NCBI RefSeq assembly: GCF_000150275.1
Contig: NW_002060958.1
Location: 628,272 to 692,271 of the forward strand
Direction: 5' to 3'
Source of the DNA: Trichoplax adhaerens
Taxonomy: Eukaryota; Animalia; Placozoa
DNA length: 64,000 bases
The notes beneath the pieces are model-generated. The model was not told where the DNA came from and did not search any database. It saw only the letters and a list, made by a program, of their open reading frames with translations. The number at the start of each line of letters is the position of its first letter. Positions within the stretch are counted from its first letter, which is position 1. Of this stretch, positions 54,501 to 64,000 are shown piece by piece. The position numbers were made by a program, and so were the translations under genes.

Positions 54501-57500
54501 CTACTATTCCGAGTGTAGAAGAATTTAAGAAAATATACTATTGAGAGTACTTACAGTGTAGCAAGTTTTGCTAGTTTGGTAAAGGCGACTGGGCTAATTG
54601 TGGATATCTGATTACTTTCTAAAGATCTAAAATTGAGATTTAAGGCACATCTTGATTATAAGATTATTGTTTGATGGAATAGGTTATTAGTTAAGAAAAC
54701 TATGCTAGCTTTAAATTAGGATAGTTCCTAGTGAGATATCAGTATGTATTTCTATCTGTTCCACTTGCTCCTAATTAAGAATCGTAAGGCCTGATAAAAA
54801 TATTGACATTTCTATCTACGAAGCCTATTAATTTTTTAACTAACTGTTGGTGCTATAGGCTTACCAAGAGAACATCTTATTATCCTATCTGATAACTACT
54901 GCTAAACCTTAAACTAAAATCTTATATTACCGCTTTATTGTTTAGAAACGAATGTTAATCGTCTGCCGAGTGCAGCTGTAGTTTGAAATATGATTTACGT
55001 ACACATACAAATATAGCGATTATACGCTAAAGTAGAAGAATTACTAGAATTTGTATTGTTTTACTAAAGTGTTTCACCCAGAATTTAGTCGTAATTTAGT
55101 TAATCATCCATCTGAGATTTCATGAGAAGGTGAACATTTACATTTATAATTAGCGTTTAAAAAAAAGATTGAATAACAGAAATAATATAATTGACTTTAT
55201 ATAAGCGAAATGATAAGATATCCCTACAAGGTATGCAAATCCTTCATTTTCTCAAAATCTTGACTTCCAATAGAGCTGATGATATTCTCGTCTAGTTTTC
55301 TAACAGATTAATTGATGTGATTGAATTACACTTACTTAAAATTTTGTTTTACGAAGGCGGAAGAGCTTAGTATTCAATTCTTTAATGTAGATTTTATAGA
55401 AATTGTAATAAAAAGTATCTAACTAATCTATCTAACAGGAAATAATTTAATTGTCTCTAAAAAAGTTGTCCAAGTCAAGATAAAGTTAAAAGTGATCTTC
55501 ATTACGATGTTCTAAAATACTGTAGAGACAAGAATCTGAAATGAGGTATTCTAAACTGGCATGAAACAGGTTTCTATCATACTCCTTAAATATCCCATTT
55601 TAGCTTAATTTATAACAGTAATGAATTCATCTATAATAATATTTAAATCTGATTCACTAACTTACTCAAATAGATGATATGATCAAAATATTTTACTGTA
55701 TGAATCCTTTTACCTAAGATGTAAATACTCTTGTATTACAATCTAATTACATAAGATTTTGGGCACCACCTGAATTATAGAGTATGACATTATGTTTAAC
55801 GTACACCTTATTTTGCTTAGATGTTCGACTGTAATTGGTAAGTATCATCAACCAATAAGTATAAGAAATCAACACTTTCTAATATTAGCAACCTAATTAT
55901 ATCAGATATTACTTCTAAAATAATCATGCATAGTATGCATCTCTAAAAGTATGCAGTAATATAGTTAAAAATTTAAAATAGATTGAAAACTTACAGCAAC
56001 TGTATAGAAGTTAAATTGTAGAATAAACTTAAATCAAATATTAGATTATCGACCAGTCTCCTAAAGTTACATAAGAAAGGCGTGTTTTAGGAAACAGATT
56101 CGATATACAAAGTTGGTATTGTTGTTTCAACTACTAGCATAATAGTAAGTTTTTAAAATAAGATCGAAGGTTTCGCAAGAAATTTCACAGCAGTAATTTT
56201 AAACTTTCTCGTTGCTTGTAAATACATGACGCCAAGATAAACGTGTTAAATTAAAAAATGACGTGCAGTTTAATAAAATTTTATGAATGATATAAGTGTA
56301 CACATATTATGTATATTCTAGTCATATTTTACATTTCTGGTTCTTTATACATACAGTTCTCGCAAATTTCGCAGATTCCGAAATACATTATCTGAAATGT
56401 TGCTGATACTGTTTGAACTCAAGTGACTAGAGGAAATAAATTATGCGTGGATCAGCTATTAACTATAAATATATGCATTACTTGAGAATTAATTAGTGGA
56501 GAGTCGCATAATATCATTATGGTATATAATCTCTTTTAAATCCTGTCAACATATCAATATAATGATAAACTTCAGAAAACTCTACTTCATTAGCGACTGG
56601 ACGCAATTGATACTATTCTTAAAATACATCGTTATATAAAAGCATCATACTGACTGCTGTAAAAAAATCCACTATTCTGCCAATTTAATAACTTACAGCT
56701 CTTGTAAAATAACAAGATCCTCAAATGCACCGACCATGATGTTGTTTATTTCGTTTAGATTCAGATTTCTAACATGATTTATATTTACATAAATAATAAT
56801 TTGTAGCAATCTCTAAAGGTGATATTCGTAGAGAGCTAAATGCCGTGGTTATTTTTGCTAATGCAATTAAGTAAAGCGACTACTGCTTGGATTTAAATTA
56901 GTCAAATAGCTCTATAGGTAGGCAAAAGTTCATAACAGTACAATAGGTTTTGTGGTTTATCTAAGTTAAAACTGTATTTTTCTTAACAGCTTTACAGCTA
57001 CATTAGAACGAGCTACTATGACCAGATTATATTTGCTAGCATGCATTAATTTCTGCATCGTATTGCAGGCAGGCAAATACTAATTTTGACTTTGCTTGAA
57101 AGTAGAAGTTTGCCCAAATTATACATTTCATACGGCTATTGTAAATTTATTTATAAGGTATCAAAATGATATGAAGGACTTACAGAGTCAGCAATTTTTT
57201 TAAACAACTAAGCATCGATTCTGATATATTTTGCAGTTTGTTTTGATCTAGATATCTAAAAAAATAGACAAGAGTATATTGACGTTTACTCTGGTATTTT
57301 TCATTGATACAGGTGCCTCATTTCTAGGAGTATTGCATATTTGTAGATTCGGTAGTGCGGTATCAAAGTCCAAAGTTATTTATTAAGTATTCTAGATTAT
57401 AACTTACAAACGTTTTAGCTTCAATAGCGTACAAAATGAACGAGGAGCAATATCTTGCATGTTATTATAGCTGAGTTGGCTAAGAAGTGAAAATATGATA

Positions 57501-60500
57501 TACAGAAACTATATTTAGAAAGGTTTTCCACTGTATGTAGTCATAGGTTTACTGTAAGTATCGTGTAATATGATAAGTTTTTATTTCTACCATAGGCGTT
57601 AATAAAATTGTCTGGATACTAAAAAATTGACCAGCATGTTAAAAGACAAGGCTAATGTTTGCTTACAGCTTAAAGAGTTTGCCTAGGCATGCAAAAGTTT
57701 TATTAGTAATCTTAGTCAGTAGATTTCCGGTAAGATCTCTATTAATCAACATATTAGTATCAGCAATGAAAATTAATGAACGAATTAATGAACGAATTAA
57801 TGCATATTGTTACTTTACTATTTCGGTGTTATAACCGAAATTTAAAACGAGGAACTAGAACTATCTAGGCCGACCATGCGATTCAAATTTATTGGCTTAT
57901 GGGCTCTAGGTTATCTATGCTTTAGCTAGTTAGATAATGATTATATAAACAGGGATATAGAAACTAAGCTGTAATTTATGCAAGTATCCGAACATATAAA
58001 TTCATTAGTAAAGTATGATCAGTAAATTCCAGGTAAAACTATCTATAGACAAATACTGTATGTTACGTTTAGAGTATAAAAGTAATTTTATAGCAAGTAA
58101 CTTTAAAAGTAGTTTAGGTTAGCATTTTGTAAAATAAGTGAAATTAACCATAGCAAAGAATCTCACACTTACAATGCAGTTAGGCTCATGGTTTCACAAA
58201 ACGAATTATTTTCTATGTCTTGGATGGCGTTATGACTTAAATTTCTTTAATCATTCAATAAAAGTTGGTTTAGGTAAGTGTTCAGTACAATTATATGCTG
58301 TAAATTAAGGAGACTTGTTCTCCAACAAAATTTCCGTAATCATTTAAACTGAGCACGTGTAGCTGCTACTATCTTTTAGCATTTTCGGATTTTGCATTAA
58401 ATGAGAGCGAATAAAATATGTAATTTCCAACAAGGAAATTTTATTATAAATTTGCTTAATAGGGAATTAGCGTAGGTATTTCGGCTATTGTCTACCTGTC
58501 ACGGTACGAACTACCGTGAAGAAATAGCTATCTAAATTTGGTTAATATAATATAGTGATAATATATTACAACTAGTTACTTAAAATAGGAATTACTCTAA
58601 TTATAAATGTGTTACAGTAAATTTAATGCTGTGCTGTAATGTGCACTGAAATGATTCTGTGAATGGACATATTGTAGTCTGACTGTGAAAAATTAGTTAG
58701 TAGATGTTCTCACCTAAGTATTTTTATAAGATGACTCATGATTGTTAGTTGCTGTAGAAGGGTATATAAACCCATCAGATAGTTGAATAAAGTAGTTCTC
58801 AATTGTCTAGTTGAGTTTAACGAATCAAAGGCGTCTAAATTCTTGTGAGTAGGGATACTGAATCCCGGAGACTACAGTAATTTAGAAATTTATTTTACGT
58901 TATCCTTGTCACGAAGCTGGTTTGTGACACTACCCTAATAAAGAGGTGCCAAGTACATCCGCAGTGTTAATGCACAGTAAGCATTCATAATTCATAACTG
59001 TCTACAGTATAAACAGTAACAATAGCAAATTTAGTTACAATATGACATCAGTCTTCATAAGATACCATTGAATTGGTTTCTAACTAATAATAAAGTATCT
59101 AAATGTAAATGTGGAATTTGAATAGTTATGACGCAAAGATATTACGTAAAGAATGGATCTTGAACACCTAACATTTATTTGGTTGATGATTTACTGTATG
59201 AAAATTAAAAAGTGACGGTTACTACTGAATCGATTTTTAATTAGGTGCATCTTTCTAGTAAAATTTTCGAAACATACCCTAAGTATTAAATTAATTTTTA
59301 TACTCGTATTAATTTATGAAGTTTATCTTACAATTTTTGAAGGTTATTTAAACAATTTAATCCATTTCTGTTAATCTTCCTGAACTTGTTAGAGTCCAAA
59401 TCTCTATAGTCCAATGGAGTGTTAGCAAGAAATACCAATAATTTGTAAGTAACATTCGTAACTTTGGAAAGCCTTATAAACTTATCAATTAACAGTGTAG
59501 TGCCAAGTCAGGGATTTCTCTAAGCAAATTTATGAACCCCAAAATCTTTCATAATGTTAAGGTTAATCAATTTTACTACTTTTGTATTTAGCGACTTCAC
59601 ATTTATGAAGTAACCTTAATTTTGAAGCTCACAACGCTAACTTGACTGGCTTGCTTTCATTGCAATTAGCAATTTTTAGTAAAAATAGCAAAGTCTGGAG
59701 TCTATTATTTTCACTTACAGAAGGGAAAGTGAAGGCATGTCGCAAAATGCCGATGGCGCTATTTCTTTGATTAAATTCTGGCTTAAAATCCTGTGTACGA
59801 GATATTATAGATTTTTTAATTTGGTTTCTTATAGGAAAGATAGTAAAGGTTACACTAGAAAATTCTCCTTCTCTACACTTAATTTATCCTTTAATTTAGT
59901 GGTTACTAGTAGAATTAAATTACGACCATAAATATTAATGGAACTTTCAGAACGTTATTTTATATTAAATCGCTTTATAAAAGATACTTTCGTATTAAAT
60001 TTTTGAATAAAGATTGCCGAAATAGATAATTTTAAGTCATCATACACGAAAGTATCAAAACATAAAATTATGGATACTGTTTAAATTATGTTGAGAATAA
60101 TACATAGAATTCATTCTCTATCATTATCTAAATTTGATTAATTCTATTTTAGATATAATCATTATACTGTAACATTTCAAATGCTAACAGAATTAAATAG
60201 TATCAAACAGGCTGAAGATCGGTGCAAATGAAGCTTACAGGCGATCAGTTTTCGGGAGACAATGAAAAGAATATTTATCAATTTTAGTGAGAAGATTCCG
60301 GTCGAGATGTCTAATTTCCTCAGAAATAAATTATTTTTCAAAGAATATGACGTACTAATATTAGCAATCTTTTGAGTCATTAATGTTATTATTTAAATGT
60401 AACTTACAATGCTTGTAAATTGGTTGCGCCACAAAAAGCTCTTGCTTCAATATCTTCTATATCATTTTTCCTTAAATATCTGTAAAAATTCAATACGTCG

Positions 60501-63232
60501 TAGTGATAATCGAATTAAAGATGGTCGAACTAAATTACCAAAAGATTTAATAGGTGATGGATAGACTCTAGACTGAAAAATTCATAAAAATTTAGAAAAC
60601 TTCTTTAAATATTTGACGGAAAAGGAGTACTGTAGCTACTCCGATCGATCTAGGATGTCATAACATATCGGCTACAATAACACGCAGCTACAGGTAATAC
60701 TATACAACTGTAAGTAGATGATAGCTATTGCAAATTTCTCCGGAATAGTATGCTGTGCAATCCACTTGTGTGCTACAGTTAACGAGATGAGTCTTCCTGT
60801 TAGCTGTTAAGCAAAATGCGCATGCTATCCTAATCTAGCTATAGTATCAATTTAAGAAACGTTAGTGAAATTACTAAAGTTGTTCAGTACGTTTTGCCGT
60901 TAACGAATGAATTTAAGGAAAACTAGAATAGGTGCAATGACAGATAGCACCTTATACACAAATTAGAGCTATCTTGTGAGATAATGTGGCCTCTAATTTA
61001 GAAGAAGAGACTTTAAACATGACTATGTGTACGATTAATGCTATTGATAATATTAGTTTCAGACTACAGCAGACATAAATTTTCTTATCATAAATATCCT
61101 GGTGATGTTGCTATCAATTATGAATTAATATACTGTTGTTTGACTAATGAAGTAACATAATATAAGGAATAAATGTTTTGATATCTTACTGAATTTTTAG
61201 CTTACAAAGTGCTTAGTGTCTTAAGGCAGCTTATAGATCCTCTAGTAAGATTGGTAATGTGATTTCCTGATAAAACCCTAAAATGAAACATTTTAGGTTA
61301 ACAAATTATAAAACTGGCGCTAATTTCCAAAGTTTATATAAAATTAAAAATTTATTTATTGCCTATACGGAGAAGCATTACGCATCCTCCTTTAGCTCTA
61401 ACATGATGCAACTAGAAAAATTTTAGAAACAATTGCTATTTCCTGCTTCAATATGTTTCTTAGTCTTTGCAACTTGTTAGGCACTACTGGATAATACTCG
61501 TATTTTACGAGTTCATCAACTATTGGCAGTATTATATGTACACATTTCGGCAGATCTCTTCAATTTCTAGCAGAACAGCCACGGCATTTATGCAAATACA
61601 CTATTTTCTGGCTATAGAACTGAAAATTTCTTAACCAAAAATATGAGCTACACTTGTTTACTTATCATCACTATTTATGGTAACTCACAGCGACACTGAT
61701 TGTAATCAACGACATTCTAGCAAATCATTGTAATTCTTTAAGAATTATAATCTGTAAGAAACGTAATGCTAAATATAGCCGATAATCTATAATTCAAATT
61801 AGCTATACCATATATTAGTAGTATTGTGATAAAATCCGATCTTGAAAATTCCAAAGTTGTAGAATATTAGAACTTTATTAGATCTAATACAAAGACTAGC
61901 TACACACAGCCATACTCTAGCCGAGTACAACTACTCTAAAAGACTTTTAGAAAGAACAATCAGATAATCTAATGTCTTATGCATTTATGCTCTCTGTAGT
62001 CTTCGCAGCTACAATCAGCATAGAAGCATTCTACCATATTCTACGTATATTCAGCTTAATACTAGTCACAATATTTTACAGCGATCCATCATTCATCCAA
62101 TATAGAAATGATTACAGCATTTTCATAGACATTATTCTTACCACTCAAAGTACGATGAACGAAGCATTTCCTAATATATGAATTACAATTCTATTTCTAC
62201 CTCTACCTCTAACCTTATTAGTAGCTAAACACCTTACTGTATATAATCATCTGTATTCTAGCATAGAGTCTGTTCTTACAGTCTATAATTATGGGCTACT
62301 AAGTATATCATAAGATAAATATAGAAAAGACACTACCGTATATCGTACTAAACATGGCTAATAGTCTACAATCACAATACTAACTTATTTTACAAGTACT
62401 GACTGATGTTATTTGGTTAACTAGTACTTTGATATTTGCAGGTGCACAATAAAGGATAAATTATAAATTATAAGGGCTAAAGTGATACTGAAAGGTACTT
62501 ACAGAAGTTGAAGTTTTCCTAAGCTGCAAAATGACGACGAATCAATCTCTTGTAATCGATTGTTCGATATATGCCTATGAATTAGTGACAAGGTAACTTA
62601 GACTTGGTTTTTAGGAAAGTATTTCCGTAAAGTACCCGTATGCGGTGTTGTTTTATTTTCTATCTCTAGAGTATTTGATTTAAAAGTCAATGCAGGCGAA
62701 GTAATTGTTATAACATATGTAGCTTTGCATAGTTATTAGATATTCAATTAAATATTGTGATTTTCTACGCTGTTTCTACGAATTACCAAATTCGACCAAA
62801 CGTGATAAACCGTATGGCTATGAGATATCATAAGTTGCTATACACTTCTAACGGAATTGAAGGAAAATAGTAAAATTGTTTCCGTTACAGCATATCGCTG
62901 ATAAAAAGTATATTTAACGAATCCCCAGTCATACTGGATAAAACAGACTACCATGTCATCTAAAGTAAAGTTTCAATTTATAAATTTACCGGCTGCTCTA
63001 ATTACTTTGTCAATCCAAAAAATTATGCTAATTCTACTTATTTTTTCCATCCTATTGAAATTTTAATGAAATCTAATCGATAAAACTGAGATTGTTTATA
63101 TGAATTTAACCATAAAGATATTTCTGAATTGCTAGAATAGCGTACTATCGCGCCACTTACAGGTATTTTATGCCGCATCCGTCTCCGAAAACGTTCGACT
63201 TCAAATTTCTGAGAGCATTACTTGATAAGCGT
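45573..63232 (-). CDS. Leucine-rich repeat-containing GPCR (LGR; type C-like hinge and 7TM) with at least 37 LRR exons; 5' end probably outside window
   Basis: Terminal exon 45573-46659 encodes hinge DYLCC-MVPGKVKTCQP...LSSCSYLL and 7TM (NLAISDL, SVDRF, ISWLP, LPLNSAINPFLY). Phase-2 AG/GT-bounded LRR exons: 46765-46836, 46973-47044, 48003-48074, 48261-48338, 48907-48987, 49173-49238, 49310-49393, 49485-49556, 49741-49803, 49890-49952, 50073-50141, 50400-50468, 50564-50632, 50728-50799, 51956-52021, 52153-52224, 52419-52499, 52580-52651, 52862-52924, 53440-53514, 54186-54257, 54555-54626, 55228-55299, 55995-56060, 56355-56426, 56697-56768, 57184-57255, 57408-57479, 57667-57738, 58173-58244, 59332-59403, 59719-59790, 60239-60310, 60408-60479, 61206-61277, 62503-62574, 63161-63232. 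Possible extra exons 53569-53649 and 55751-55828. Each is a multiple of 3, stop-free and fits or approximates xLxxNxIxxIxxxxFxxLxxLxxL. Confidence 0.88.
47254..47880 (-). mobile_element. Solo LTR, family R1, in LGR intron
   Basis: TGTCTCA...CGTCACA, flanks GCAGC/GAAGC (one mismatch), collinear with other R1 copies. Confidence 0.8.
58497..58929 (+). mobile_element. Solo LTR, diverged relative of R1, in LGR intron
   Basis: TGTCAC...GTGACA with perfect TSD CTACC. TATATAAA at ~58763 and AATAAA at 58786. Blocks such as ggacatattgtagtctgac match the reverse complement of R1. Confidence 0.8.
61825..62376. mobile_element. Interspersed repeat family R2, copy 2, in LGR intron
   Basis: Collinear with 11742-12275. 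Inverted termini extend to TAGTATTGTGAT/ATCACAATACTA (61819-62382). Confidence 0.8.
61972..62181 (+). CDS. Putative repeat-encoded small hydrophobic protein (69 aa)
   Basis: ATG-to-TGA ORF whose frame is kept without indels in two other diverged R2 copies, with many synonymous differences. Confidence 0.35.
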   Translation: MSYAFMLSVVFAATISIEAFYHILRIFSLILVTIFYSDPSFIQYRNDYSIFIDIILTTQSTMNEAFPNI

Positions 63233-63824
63233 CTTAAAATAAAAATAAGAACATATACTAAAATCACAATAAAATTTTAATGTTAAATATTGCTATCTTT
63301 CTCTCTTATTTACCCTTGCTACAGCCATTCAGGCAACACTGTACCATTAAATTAGTTTATTTATGTATCGGTGTATGAAATCACACTAGCTAATCGTGGA
63401 GTGTAAATTTCAAGATGTTAATTAATAAATGTTGCTCATAAGAAACATAGAATATTGATTTTAAATATCGGGACAAAGACCTTTATTCTGCCATATCTTT
63501 CAAGTCGAAAAAGAAAAACACGTATAAAATATCCATGTAGGTGTACTAGTGTGCTATGTGAGAGTAAAATTTGGCAGAAATCTCTACTAATTTTAAGTTA
63601 GGTATTCCGACAGTACATTATTTCCTTTCCTAATAAGGTATCATAGAACGTACAGTACTAATATACTGCGGAACTATAATATTAATGATATGTACACATT
63701 AAAATATTTAAGGAAAATTCCTTTATCAAATTCCACATCGTATGCTATACGATAGTTCACCTATTCGCACTATTACCATTTAATAGATAATTGTACTTAT
63801 ACTCATTTATATTTAGTATGTAGC

Positions 63825-64000
63825 TATTACCGTGTTATACACTGCAATATACACTGTAATATCGAGATTATAGTAGAAACATCTACGTTAGGATAATTTT
63901 GTTGATTTACCCTTATATGAAGAGTTACTAATTTAGATATGTGATATTTAAATATAGCACTAGCTTTTATGGTGATATATATTAACATATACAGCCTACT
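63825..64000 (+). mobile_element. R1 LTR, truncated by window end
   Basis: Reverse complement of the R1 end at 44625-44707 and 21180-21332 (acactgtaatatcgagattatagtagaaacatctacgttaggataattttgttgatttaccc). Confidence 0.85.

Noticed and set aside
57771-57802. 12-bp tandem repeat aattaatgaacg, about 2.7 copies
   Set aside because: Ordinary intronic slippage repeat.
50734-60380. ORFs 50734-50925, 59737-59931 and 60177-60380
   Set aside because: Antisense or out-of-frame overlaps of real LRR exons.
46765-63232. Periodic cttac...ct motifs that could suggest a CRISPR-like or satellite array
   Set aside because: They are reverse-complement splice donors and acceptors bounding LRR exons in a eukaryotic gene.
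1-64000. tRNA, rRNA or other structured ncRNA genes
   Set aside because: None recognised by eye; tRNAscan-SE or Infernal would be needed to exclude them.

Overview
AT-rich animal genomic DNA with short GT-AG introns and one 50-N gap. The compact layout, tandem intronless GPCRs and LGR content fit a placozoan such as Trichoplax; this is inference, not verified. Genes: three paralogous single-exon class A GPCRs with aminergic-like TM3 (Glu at 3.32); one LGR-type 7TM receptor apparently lacking its ectodomain; two tandem 6-exon SLCO/OATP transporters; and a very large minus-strand leucine-rich-repeat GPCR. The ORF track shows only the 7TM exon of the LGR (45573-46659). Reading splice sites by hand gives at least 37 phase-2, one-repeat-per-exon LRR exons up to 63232, and the gene probably continues past the window. 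Ten consecutive LRR exons strictly alternate Cys at positions 16 and 17, suggesting a disulfide-stapled two-exon super-repeat. Non-coding DNA holds about ten solo-LTR-like elements (most with 5-bp TSDs and covarying terminal hairpins), three Helitron 3' ends, and a repeat family carrying a small hydrophobic ORF with a coding signature. All exon models and alignments were made by eye.
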